64,000 nucleotides of DNA, from contig JAUVNS010000002.1 of assembly GCA_030599585.1 (NCBI GenBank), positions 160,001 to 224,000 of the forward strand. The letters run 5' to 3'. Source of the DNA: Promethearchaeota archaeon (GTDB lineage Archaea; Asgardarchaeota; Lokiarchaeia; Sigyniarchaeales; SOKP01). The notes below the pieces were generated by a model, which did no database searches, was not told the DNA's origin, and saw only the letters and a list, made by a program, of their open reading frames with translations. Both the position numbers and the translations under genes were made by a program. This document shows positions 40,537-50,357 of this stretch, piece by piece (within the stretch, counting starts at the first letter, position 1; every line of letters starts with the position of its first letter).

Positions 40537-41964
40537 CTATATTAAATTTAACTTCTTCATTTTTTCTTCCGCTATTTTATTCATTTCAATTGATTGATTT
40601 ATATCTATGCTAGATTCACCAGAGATTCTTAAATATGGGCTTGTTCCTGAACGTCTTATTAAAATCCACCCATTATCGTAATCGAATCTACAACCGTCCA
40701 TTTTGTTAATCGCTTTTATTTTTTTTCCCATAGAATCAAAGCTCTCTTTCATCTCAGTAATGATTTTTTCGTTCATTTCATCAGAAAAAGGGATATCTTT
40801 TATAAGCGGAAATTGCTGGCGGTAATAGGGATATTTTGGAATTTCTTTCAATAATTCTATTAATCTTTTTCCTGTTTTTACCATCATTTGTAATACTAAT
40901 CCGATTGTGACTATTGAATCGGGTCCTAAATGGAAGCTGGGCCAAATATAAGTACCTGAGGTTTCTCCACCTAAAAAACCCCCATTCTCACGTAAGGCTT
41001 GAGCTACTTGGATATCTCCGACTTCAGTTCTTATTATCTCGCAACCTAATGGTTGTAACACATCCTCAATTAAACTAGATGAATTTACAGGAGTAGAAAC
41101 TTTCATATCGTTACTAGAAAGGCTATCTTTATTATTTTTTAAATAGCATTTTGCTAGGAGTGCTAGTAACCTAACTGGATCAACAATTTCACCAGTTTCA
41201 TCTAAAAAAATAACTCTATCAGCATCCCCATCGAGCGCTATTCCAATATCTTCTTGTGTAGATATTTTTAGAAATTTGGATATCTGAATTAAATTTTTCT
41301 CGCTAGGTTCTGAATTTCTTCCAGGGAATTTACCATCCATTTGTGCATTGATTGTAATAATATTTACATTATATTCACTTAATAGTCTTGGGACAATTTC
41401 ACATCCCGCTCCATTTCCGGGGTCGACTATAACATTAAGTTTACTCCCATCAAATTTTATACGGTTCTTTATTTCTGAAATGTGTTTATCGTTAATATCA
41501 TTAACAGATGTAACTTTTCCAATTTGATCCCATTTGATATCAAGAAAATCTTTTTCGTCATATATTCGCGATATTTCTTCTTCTTGCTCGTGGGAATACC
41601 CTATACCTGAAGGATTCCAAAATTTTAATCCAATATATTCGGGAGTATTATGAGACGCAGTAATCATAACTCCAGCATTCGCATCCAAAAATCTTTGAGA
41701 CAATGCTAATGTGGGCGTGGTTACAATTCCTAATGTTTTCACATTACATCCAGTACTTAAAATCCCAGAAATTAATGCATATTCTACGGGTAAAGCAGAA
41801 GTTCTAATATCCTTCCCGATAACAACGATACCGTCACCCTTTAAATATGTTCCCAAGGCCAATCCCACATCTAAAGCCATTTGCGGCGTAAACATAAGAT
41901 CCGTTGTACTATAATTTTGGAACACCATTCTTATGCCTGAAGTACCAAATATATTTGATGTCAT
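40537..41964 (-). CDS. glmM: Phosphoglucosamine mutase / phosphohexomutase
   Basis: FGTSGIR, ITASHNT, DGDADR, GGETSG, RRSGT; amino-sugar context; ATG at 41964. Confidence 0.82.
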   Translation of the reverse strand: MTSNIFGTSGIRMVFQNYSTTDLMFTPQMALDVGLALGTYLKGDGIVVIGKDIRTSALPVEYALISGILSTGCNVKTLGIVTTPTLALSQRFLDANAGVMITASHNTPEYIGLKFWNPSGIGYSHEQEEEISRIYDEKDFLDIKWDQIGKVTSVNDINDKHISEIKNRIKFDGSKLNVIVDPGNGAGCEIVPRLLSEYNVNIITINAQMDGKFPGRNSEPSEKNLIQISKFLKISTQEDIGIALDGDADRVIFLDETGEIVDPVRLLALLAKCYLKNNKDSLSSNDMKVSTPVNSSSLIEDVLQPLGCEIIRTEVGDIQVAQALRENGGFLGGETSGTYIWPSFHLGPDSIVTIGLVLQMMVKTGKRLIELLKEIPKYPYYRQQFPLIKDIPFSDEMNEKIITEMKESFDSMGKKIKAINKMDGCRFDYDNGWILIRRSGTSPYLRISGESSIDINQSIEMNKIAEEKMKKLNLI

Positions 41965-42325
41965 ATTTTTCAACTTTGTCTTAAAAATTATCTTATATTA
42001 TATAGAGATTTTTTTTAAATTTTAAATTTTATGAAGCAATTTTTTCAAATTTCAAATATCCATTAAGATTAAAATTCAAATAGATAAGTCTTTATTTCCT
42101 CTTGAGGTTGTGGAGAAATTATCATCAAGTTCTGAAATAAATAGGGTTCAAGCAAGGTTTAGGCATTTGAAGGTTAACCGGATTACCGGAGAAACTCATT
42201 ATTAAACAAAAGGATCACTGCTCATTAGAAATAAAAATTTCTGTTTTTAAAAAGTAGAAATTTTAAATTATCTTTTATCATTTAATTAGATTAGATAATA
42301 AAACTAGAATGGGTTTAAAGATTAT

Positions 42326-43807
42326 ATGAAGTTTGACGAATTTGAATTGATTTATAAGAAGGATCGTAAAGAAATTAAAAATAAAGCGAAGTTAGAATCA
42401 GAGTTAACAGAAATATTAGGTAACCAGAATGTTTCTTCTGAATCTATTGATATTTTCGCGTATAGTAAGGATTCTACGCTCATCGCTTTTAATTGGACGC
42501 TTCAAGGTAAAATGATGTCTTTACCAGATATTATTACCTGGCCAGAAACTGTAGAACAGATTTCTGAAATTTTAAAATATGCAAACAAAGAAAAAATACC
42601 TGTTATACCGTATGCTGAAGGATCCGGCGTTGTAGGAGGTGCTATTGCACTACGCGGTGGAATTATTCTAGACATGAAGAAATTTAATAAAATCTTAGAG
42701 ATAAACGACAAAGACTTAACTGTTACAGCTCAAACTGGAATAAATGGCATGAATTTAGAGAGATTTTTAAACGATAAAGGTTACACTTCCGGTCATATAC
42801 CGCAATCCCTTTACACGTCTTCATTGGGAGGTTGGATAGCTCATAGAGCAGCGGGACAATTCTCAACAAAATACGGTAAAATCGAAGATATCGTTATGGG
42901 TATGGAAATCGTTTTACCTCAAGGAGATGTTATAAATTTTAAGCCAATTGCCAGAGCATCAACAGGGCCTCAATTTGACAAACTTTTCATTGGGGGAGAA
43001 GGTACGATGGGAATAGTAACAAAAGCCACGCTAAAAATTTGGCCCTATCCAGAAAAGAGAACGTTCATATCTTATGCGTTTCCTACTTTTGAGGATTCGT
43101 TAGAAGCTACGAGACTAATATTAAGGCAACAAATATATCCTGCAGTTATGCGAATTTACGATGCTGATGAAACATTCAGACATTTTGGTCATCTAGAAAA
43201 AGCTAAAGACAAGGTTATGGTTGTATTTGTTTGTGAAGGTATTGGAAAGCTCGTTGATCTTGAAGAGCAAATTACAAAAGAGACATGTGAGAAGAATAAA
43301 GGCGTTGAATGCGGCGAAGAACCAGTTGAGCACTGGTTTGAAACTAGATTTAAAGTAACAGATACATCATCAACTCCAACCTTTCAAATGGTTTTCGATA
43401 CCATTGAAATTGGATTTTTATGGGATAAAGCGGCAGACATGTATCATTCGGTAATAGAAGCTACAAAAAAAGTGAAGGGTATTGTAATGATAACTGCCCA
43501 TGTATCACACTTTTATCCTAACGGAGTAGGGTTTTATTTTACTTTTGCTGGAGTTCCTCCAAAAGAATTAACAGATCTTGAATTTTACCAAGAAGTGTGG
43601 GATACGGTTATTAAAACGGTAGAGGATTGCGGTGGATCGTTTGGGCACCATCACGGTGTTGGAATCAATAGATCTAAGTGGATGCCAGTAGAATGGGGAA
43701 AATCTTTTGATACTTTAAAAAGTATTAAGAAACTGCTTGACCCCAATAATATTTTAAATCCAGGGAAAATTTATGAAAGTCCTTGGAAAGAAAGAGGTGA
43801 AAATTAA
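42326..43807 (+). CDS. FAD-linked oxidoreductase, alkyl-DHAP-synthase/GlcD family
   Basis: GSGVVGG, GHIPQS..SSLGGW, GGEGTMG, HHHGVG, LDPNNILNPGK. Confidence 0.85.
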   Translation: MKFDEFELIYKKDRKEIKNKAKLESELTEILGNQNVSSESIDIFAYSKDSTLIAFNWTLQGKMMSLPDIITWPETVEQISEILKYANKEKIPVIPYAEGSGVVGGAIALRGGIILDMKKFNKILEINDKDLTVTAQTGINGMNLERFLNDKGYTSGHIPQSLYTSSLGGWIAHRAAGQFSTKYGKIEDIVMGMEIVLPQGDVINFKPIARASTGPQFDKLFIGGEGTMGIVTKATLKIWPYPEKRTFISYAFPTFEDSLEATRLILRQQIYPAVMRIYDADETFRHFGHLEKAKDKVMVVFVCEGIGKLVDLEEQITKETCEKNKGVECGEEPVEHWFETRFKVTDTSSTPTFQMVFDTIEIGFLWDKAADMYHSVIEATKKVKGIVMITAHVSHFYPNGVGFYFTFAGVPPKELTDLEFYQEVWDTVIKTVEDCGGSFGHHHGVGINRSKWMPVEWGKSFDTLKSIKKLLDPNNILNPGKIYESPWKERGEN

Positions 43808-45067
43808 ATGGCTGAGATTTTAAAGAAATATAAATGGATGGGTCCAATCATTCAAAAAATGGATCGTGATACCAAAAAAGTATTTATGAAAAGTTTTCGA
43901 ATGCGAGATAAGAACTTTTTTCCAGAAGGGGATTATAAAGCTGATGTTAAGAACTTAGTAAATTGTATGCTCTGTCCAAACATGTGTAGGTTCGATTGTG
44001 GAACACTTCAAGCATCTCAGAAAGAAACAATGAGTCCCGCCTATAAGGCAAGAATTGGGTATTATCTAACAATTGGAAAAATAGATTATAATGATTCTGA
44101 GTTTGTAAATTTGATGTATAAATGCACGAATGAGGAAAATTGTAAAGTATGGTGCCCATTTGGATTTTCAGTCGTATCACTACTTGAGACTGTACGAGAC
44201 GATATTAATGAGAAGGGTTTCATGCCAGATTATTGCAAGGAACAAGTCAAGAAGTTGAAAGAATCTAATACAATCGAAGGATACAACATCTACGAAACTT
44301 ATAAAGAAAATGGTATAGAGAATATCGAAACTGATGGAAATGATGATGTGTTTTATTACCTTGGATGTGAATCAATGAAATTCCCAGAAGTCATAAAAGC
44401 TAATATGAATATATTGAAAAAAGCAGGAATTAAATTCTCTACTAATCTTGACACTAAGGTTTGTTGTGGAGGTCCATTATTTAATATTAGAGATTTAACC
44501 ACAGCAAAAGATTTTGCTGAAAAAAATAAGAACTTAATTGAATCAACAGGTGCTGAAATTATCGTCTCAGACTGCCCCGGATGTGTATTAACGCTTACTA
44601 AAAGATATGAAAGTCTTGGTATAAAAATTAATAAAGAAATAATTCACATTGTCGAATATATTAAAAAATTGCTAGATGAAGGAAAAATCAAGCCAACAAA
44701 AAATATAACAGATGATTTGAAAAAAGTAACGATTCACGATCCCTGTCTTATTGCGAGAAATTTGGAAGATATTTCATCTATTAGAGACATTCTCGGCAAG
44801 ATTCCCGGTCTGGAATTAGTAGAACCAAGATTTAATAAAGAAGACGTCCATTGTTGTGGTTGGAGCGGTACAGCCCATTGGGCTGATAGAGATTTAGCGA
44901 TTAAAGAAGCAACGATACGAGTTAGTGAATTAAAGGACACGGGAGCGGAAATCTTTGTTTCTGCATGTCCATTATGTGAATTAGGCTTGGCTTACGGACT
45001 TAAAGAAGATGAAAAAGAAAAGATTAAAATAGTAGACGTGTCTGAATTACTAAATAAAGTAATTTAA
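43808..45067 (+). CDS. Fe-S oxidoreductase with CCG domains (GlpC/GlcF/HdrD-like)
   Basis: CMLCPNMCRFDC, CxxxxxCxxxCP, VCCGG, CPGC, HDPC, HCCG, CPLC. Confidence 0.88.
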   Translation: MAEILKKYKWMGPIIQKMDRDTKKVFMKSFRMRDKNFFPEGDYKADVKNLVNCMLCPNMCRFDCGTLQASQKETMSPAYKARIGYYLTIGKIDYNDSEFVNLMYKCTNEENCKVWCPFGFSVVSLLETVRDDINEKGFMPDYCKEQVKKLKESNTIEGYNIYETYKENGIENIETDGNDDVFYYLGCESMKFPEVIKANMNILKKAGIKFSTNLDTKVCCGGPLFNIRDLTTAKDFAEKNKNLIESTGAEIIVSDCPGCVLTLTKRYESLGIKINKEIIHIVEYIKKLLDEGKIKPTKNITDDLKKVTIHDPCLIARNLEDISSIRDILGKIPGLELVEPRFNKEDVHCCGWSGTAHWADRDLAIKEATIRVSELKDTGAEIFVSACPLCELGLAYGLKEDEKEKIKIVDVSELLNKVI

Positions 45068-45120
45068 CGTAAAAAGTTATTTTTAATTAATTTATATAAA
45101 AAATATTTTAAAGTGATTAG

Positions 45121-46584
45121 ATGAGCGATTTAATATGTGTTTTTGATGTTGGAACAACAGGTACAAGAACAATGATTTTCGATATAAACGGGAAAGAAAT
45201 AGCTCGGGCTTATGAAGAGTATCCCGTTGTAGAACAGCCAATTGGAATATCAGAGCAGGATCCAATAACATGGTGGAATGCTGTCAAGAGTACTTGCAAT
45301 AAAATTATAAAAAGTGGAGTAATAGACCCAAATGACATAATTGGAATTTCAGCAGCCTTTCAAAGAGCAACTACGACCATCATTGATATAAATGGTGAAA
45401 TATTGCATCCAGCACTTACATGGATGGACGAACGAGAAGTTACGGACTTTAAAGGTTTTCAAGAAGAGGGAGGTTTACGAAGAGCCATCCCAAAAATACT
45501 CTGGTTGAAGAATAATGAATCGGAATTATATAATAAAACGTCTAAAATAATTTCCACCGACTCATATATTTACATGAAATTATGTGGAGCGTGCGTTACA
45601 GATCCCACGAATGGAATATATGGTATCTTAAATATGGATACATTGCAATGGGACGCTGGTCTTGCTGATCTTTATGATTTGCCACTAAATTTATGGCCAG
45701 AACTTCATACTCCCGGTGAAAAAATCGGTGAGTTGACAAATGAAGCAGCAATAAGTCTAGGTTTAAATCCAAATATACCAATCATAATGGGAGGTGGAGA
45801 CCAACAATGTGCTGCTTTAAGTTTAGGAGTAATTAATAAAGGGCAAGCAAAGGTGACCTTTGGGACGGGGACATTTGTAGATTTAATTGTTGATGGTCCA
45901 ATAAAAGCTGCTGGAGATGTACCAATTTTCTCCTTACCACATGTTATTAAGGGAAAGTGGTTTATTGAAGGCACTATGCCGGGAACTGGTACATCCTTGA
46001 AATGGTTTAAAGACAACTTCTCACAACTACAGGTTAAAGAATCTGAAGAATTAAATAGAGATATTTACGATATTTTAACAAAGGAAGCAGAACAGATTAG
46101 ACCCGGAAGCGCAGGTTTATTATTTATTCCATTGTATATATTCAGAAAAGGAACAATTCATGGATTAAGCTTAAATCACACAAGAGGTCATATGATTAGA
46201 GCAATTATGGAAAGTGCTGCTTTAAGTGCTCAAATGTACCTAAATATGTTAGAAGCTATGGCAAAAGTTAATATCGATGAATTAAAAGTAGATGGAGGTG
46301 GTATGAATAGCGATTTTTGGGCACAAATGGTTGCAGATGTTATGAGCAAGAAGGTAATGATCCCAGAAATCAAAGACGGAGCTGCTTTAGGTGCTGCAAT
46401 TCTAGGTTTCTATGGACTTGCTAAATATAACAGTATTGAAGATGCAATTGAAAAAATGGTAAGATTTACTGACGTTAAAACCCCAAATAAAGAAAATTCA
46501 AAAATTTACAAAAAATTAGGTCGAATTTTCCTTTCCACTGTACTTGAAACTAATGATAAAAAACGAGTAACAAAAAATCTCTAA
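45121..46584 (+). CDS. FGGY-family sugar/polyol kinase (xylulokinase-like)
   Basis: DVGTTG, EQDP, QR, WMDER, GGGDQQC, GTG, DGGG, ALGAA. Confidence 0.9.
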   Translation: MSDLICVFDVGTTGTRTMIFDINGKEIARAYEEYPVVEQPIGISEQDPITWWNAVKSTCNKIIKSGVIDPNDIIGISAAFQRATTTIIDINGEILHPALTWMDEREVTDFKGFQEEGGLRRAIPKILWLKNNESELYNKTSKIISTDSYIYMKLCGACVTDPTNGIYGILNMDTLQWDAGLADLYDLPLNLWPELHTPGEKIGELTNEAAISLGLNPNIPIIMGGGDQQCAALSLGVINKGQAKVTFGTGTFVDLIVDGPIKAAGDVPIFSLPHVIKGKWFIEGTMPGTGTSLKWFKDNFSQLQVKESEELNRDIYDILTKEAEQIRPGSAGLLFIPLYIFRKGTIHGLSLNHTRGHMIRAIMESAALSAQMYLNMLEAMAKVNIDELKVDGGGMNSDFWAQMVADVMSKKVMIPEIKDGAALGAAILGFYGLAKYNSIEDAIEKMVRFTDVKTPNKENSKIYKKLGRIFLSTVLETNDKKRVTKNL

Positions 46585-46774
46585 TTTTTTTCTTCTCTAT
46601 TTTTAAGTAAAGTTAATATATGTGAAAATAGTTCACTAAATTTCGTTTTTCAGATTAGTAGTTCTTTAAATTTTTCAGAAGAACTGTCTAAATTTAAATG
46701 ATTTTCATTTTAGAAAAGTATTTGTTTGTACTTTAATTTTCAAAATTAAACCCAATAATTTAAAATGTGATACC

Positions 46775-47611
46775 ATGCCCTTCTTTAAAAACCAAGAAGG
46801 TTATAACCTGTATTACGAAGATATTAACGGCGATAATAGGGGCCATACAGATGGCACTATAATCCTACTTCATGGTTTCGCCTCTTCAGCTTCATTTTTT
46901 AAAGGGCAAATTAAATTGTTAAGAAATAAATATCGTATCATAGCATTTGATGCGTTGGGGCATGGAAAAAGCGATCATACTGTAAAACTTAATCTTTCAA
47001 AAAATCTTAGATTTGATATAATTAGAGATCTTGAGGACCTCCTGGTTTTCCTCAATGTAAATGAAAAGTACGGAATTATTGGCCACTCCCTGGTAGGAGG
47101 CATGACTGGTCAATTAATAAGTATGAAACATCCAGATAAAATTAATTTCTTAATCTTGCTTAATTCTGGTTATATAATGATCGATAATGTAATTAGAAAT
47201 ATCTTTTATAATTTGCTTCCGTATTTTATCCGTATGAATTTTTTGGATGTTGTTGCAAACTCAGTTGAGGATATCTTGGATAAAGTTATTCCGTATATTT
47301 TAGCATCGTTGGCTGATTCTATGAATGGAATGAAGTTAACTAAAGATGAATTATATATGCTCATTGAAGACCAGATCTTTTCTATGATTAATGAAATTAA
47401 TGTGTATGATCCTTCTGGGATTGAGTGCCCTACATTGATTATCGCTGGAAGATTAGATAACTTTGCTCCAGAACAAATGTCAGAAGAACTCCACAAGAAG
47501 ATTCCTAATTCTAAGTTGGAAATATTAGATATGGCCGGCCACTTCGCACCTGCTCAACGTACAGACGTAATTAATGAGTTAATATGTAATTTTATTAAAA
47601 CACTTGGTTAG
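46775..47611 (+). CDS. Alpha/beta hydrolase
   Basis: LLHGF, DALGHGKS, GHSL, PTLIIAGRLD, AGH. Confidence 0.88.
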   Translation: MPFFKNQEGYNLYYEDINGDNRGHTDGTIILLHGFASSASFFKGQIKLLRNKYRIIAFDALGHGKSDHTVKLNLSKNLRFDIIRDLEDLLVFLNVNEKYGIIGHSLVGGMTGQLISMKHPDKINFLILLNSGYIMIDNVIRNIFYNLLPYFIRMNFLDVVANSVEDILDKVIPYILASLADSMNGMKLTKDELYMLIEDQIFSMINEINVYDPSGIECPTLIIAGRLDNFAPEQMSEELHKKIPNSKLEILDMAGHFAPAQRTDVINELICNFIKTLG

Positions 47612-47653
47612 TATATCTTAAAGGACTACCGATTAAGTGTATAGTGCGTATTT

Positions 47654-48022
47654 ATGAATATCAAACCCGAAGACAATAATACTACAATCTCTTATTTCAA
47701 AGAAGAAATCGAACGCTTTGTTAAAGAGCGTAGATGGACGAAATTTCATAATCCTAAGGATTTAATTCAAGCTATTGGTATTGAAGTGTCTGAATTATCC
47801 GAAATATTTTTGTTTAAAGACCTTACACTTGGTACAATACACAAAGACAAAGATATTTTAGAGAATATTTCTGATGAGATCGCTGATATTTTTATATATC
47901 TAGTTAGCCTTTTAAATAGCTTAAATGTAGATTTGACGAGTGCTTTCATAAGAAAAATGAAAAAAAATGAAGATAAATATACAAAAGAAGAATTTAATGA
48001 CGGTTCATACCGCAAACTGTAA
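47654..48022 (+). CDS. MazG-like nucleotide pyrophosphohydrolase
   Basis: ERRW..FHNPKDL, EVSEL.E, DEIADI, KM.KN..KY. Confidence 0.88.
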   Translation: MNIKPEDNNTTISYFKEEIERFVKERRWTKFHNPKDLIQAIGIEVSELSEIFLFKDLTLGTIHKDKDILENISDEIADIFIYLVSLLNSLNVDLTSAFIRKMKKNEDKYTKEEFNDGSYRKL

Positions 48023-48051
48023 AACCGCTATATTTTGATATGGTGCCCAAT

Positions 48052-48363
48052 CTATACTTTCTTAGGAAATGTCCTCAATTTTAGAATAGTCTCATCCCCC
48101 TTAGCCCAGTTCTTCAGATTAGCCAATCTTTCACCATGATCACCATGTTCAGGATGATCGAATGCTTGTTGAAGCTCCGTACAAGGTAGATCTGGGCAAA
48201 AACCACAATGAAGATATCCTTTCTCATAACAGCATTTTGCTACACCGCATTCTCCATAGAACATCTCTCCTTTACAAATTTGGCATCCCAAGCAGTTAGT
48301 TTTCTCTTTCCATTCGCATATCCCACAATATGCTCCACACATACCTATTTGTTCTTTATCCAT
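48052..48363 (-). CDS. DUF3795 Cys-rich protein
   Basis: CGAYCGIC, CLGC, C..AKCC, HCGFCPDLPC. Confidence 0.85.
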   Translation of the reverse strand: MDKEQIGMCGAYCGICEWKEKTNCLGCQICKGEMFYGECGVAKCCYEKGYLHCGFCPDLPCTELQQAFDHPEHGDHGERLANLKNWAKGDETILKLRTFPKKV

Positions 48364-48406
48364 TAGTCAATAACACTTCTTTCAGTTATTATTGGGTAAT
48401 ATTTAC

Positions 48407-48640
48407 TTAGATAATTATATTATAGAATTTTTCCTTTATTTTTTTTTTATAATAATTTATAGTTTCTTTATCCAATCGTATAAACTCTCGCTTATTTCTA
48501 TTATATTCAACTTTTCTAATCATTTGAATATAATTCATTTTCTCAAACCATTTATCAAATTCATATTCAAATGTGTCCCCTTCTTCTCTGTCAAAATCTA
48601 TGTCTGGTATAAATGATACTTATTCTAAAAGTTCTAACAT
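48407..48640 (-). pseudogene. Probable gene remnant (MLELLE*VSFIPDIDFDREEGDTFEYEFDKWFEK...)
   Basis: 78-codon protein-like frame with an in-frame TAA at codon 7; explains the + strand shadow ORF. Confidence 0.35.
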
Positions 48641-48832
48641 TTTATTTTTTACACACCATTGCAACTTTAGTAAAAACAACTCCTGATCAGATTTAAATGA
48701 TGTAAATTTAACCTATGCATCAAGCATGCTACAATTAATAATGAACTTATTCAGTCCTATCAGATGAAAGAATTTATCCCTTGATAATGTCAGATCAGAA
48801 AAAAGAAAAAAAATTATGATTTAATAATAAAA

Positions 48833-49006
48833 TTATATCGTAGAATCTCCAGTAGTTCCCTTTTCTTCTCTCTTTTTTTCTAAATATTCTTTATATTCAC
48901 TCTGAGAATGTTTCTTTTTAATTAAGCCATATATACAAATAGCAATCATAAGTACTATACATACTAAAATAACTATTGTATAAAGATTTGATAATGCTTG
49001 AGACAT
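48833..49006 (-). CDS. 57-aa single-TM protein, below the ORF-track length cut-off
   Basis: MSQALSNLYTIVILVCIVLMIAICIYGLIKKKHSQSEYKEYLEKKREEKGTTGDSTI; purine-rich leader. Confidence 0.65.
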   Translation of the reverse strand: MSQALSNLYTIVILVCIVLMIAICIYGLIKKKHSQSEYKEYLEKKREEKGTTGDSTI

Positions 49007-49164
49007 TTTTTATCCCTTTTATTAATTTCTGAAATTTTTTGTCAAAAAATGGAATGTAATTTTATATTTAAATTTTTTAAAATATATATAGGAAAAAATC
49101 TTAGTATTATTATCAAAAATCTATTAATTTAAAAATATCCAGGAAAATAAGAGGTTAATCGAGA

Positions 49165-49599
49165 ATGTCAAATATACATGTTCCAATTGATAGTTCTAAC
49201 CTTTCTGAAATAATCCCAGAAGGAGAAGATATTTTATATAGTACGATGTGCAAAGTTAAAGCACTCGGTTATAATGCTGATAGTAAATGGGAGTCCCATG
49301 TTTTGGTATCAAAATCAGGTTTCGCATCATTTACTAGATTTAAACCATATGAAACGAAATCTGGAGCCTCCAGATATAAAGTAGGGAAAAAAAAAGAAGG
49401 TTTAAACATGCTATTTACTAGATGGGAGGAACTTTCAACAAATATTGAAAAACCACCTTTTAGAGAAGATGAAATTAGTCACGTATTAAATCCTGAGGTA
49501 TCATTGTTAAGGAGGACATTTGCTCTTTATAAAGGAATAACTGCTAAAGGATTTGGTCATTTCTGTAGAGATTTATGGCTAGAAAAAGTAATGAAATAA
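49165..49599 (+). CDS. Hypothetical protein
   Basis: 144-aa ORF with a GAGGT SD-like motif; no motif recognised. Confidence 0.7.
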   Translation: MSNIHVPIDSSNLSEIIPEGEDILYSTMCKVKALGYNADSKWESHVLVSKSGFASFTRFKPYETKSGASRYKVGKKKEGLNMLFTRWEELSTNIEKPPFREDEISHVLNPEVSLLRRTFALYKGITAKGFGHFCRDLWLEKVMK

Positions 49600-49647
49600 A
49601 ATTAATTAATAATTTTTATTTATTTTTAATATTTTGATGGAAAGTTT

Positions 49648-50241
49648 ATGGATCCTGAAATTACTCATCCTGAATTGTTAAATAAATGTGTTAGATGCCG
49701 TTTACATAGTAATGAATTACTCACTCAAACGATCAGAAAACCGATTGGAGATTACGAAGTAAGATTCTATAATATAAAGTATTCTGTGTGTCAATTTTGT
49801 AAACCAAAGGTAGACAAAGCAATTAAAAATGAGAAGCATTATTATTCAAAATCATTTTTAGCTGGTATGTTATTAATTATATATATTGTTGGACTAATCT
49901 TAATTTTCAATACAAAATTGTATTTTCTTATTATTGCTTTAGTATTAGCTACTTTTGGCATATTTTTTTTATATCCATTGTTTAATCGAATTTACTATAG
50001 AACTCGTCCAGATAGATTAAGTTCATATTTCGAAATTAGAAAGGAGGGTATAGCTATATTAAAAGATTTCAAGACCCAAAGTGAAATAGAAAAAATTACT
50101 CTTATATCGCAGGAAAAAAGGATTGATGATACGATCTTAAAGATAACCTATCAATTTTGTCCTAACTGTGGAACTCAATTAAAAACAAATACAGGATTTT
50201 GCAAAAAATGTGGAAAGAATCTTAAGATAGAGGGGAAATAA
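49648..50241 (+). CDS. Membrane protein with zinc-ribbon domains
   Basis: CVRC/CQFC, two TM helices, C-terminal CPNCG...FCKKCG. Confidence 0.8.
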   Translation: MDPEITHPELLNKCVRCRLHSNELLTQTIRKPIGDYEVRFYNIKYSVCQFCKPKVDKAIKNEKHYYSKSFLAGMLLIIYIVGLILIFNTKLYFLIIALVLATFGIFFLYPLFNRIYYRTRPDRLSSYFEIRKEGIAILKDFKTQSEIEKITLISQEKRIDDTILKITYQFCPNCGTQLKTNTGFCKKCGKNLKIEGK

Positions 50242-50357
50242 AGGAATCCTTTTAAAGATTCCAGCGAGAGAAGCTTGTAGGATTTATTCTTAGGTTAACA
50301 AATAGCCAATACAAATGATAAAAAGGATTTTTATGCAATTTCATCTTTTTTATAATC

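Noticed and set aside
17528-41973. Racemase + Ddl-like + glmS/glmM/glmU-like as a peptidoglycan-precursor pathway
   Set aside because: No Mur ligases, MraY or MurG in the window. The ligase lacks the D-Ala-binding motifs, the racemase is Orr-type, and the glm genes are explained by glycosylation needs.
42031-42205. Short + strand frame (SIKIKIQIDKSLFPLEVVEKL...GETHY)
   Set aside because: No in-frame start covering it and no recognisable motif; at most a remnant.
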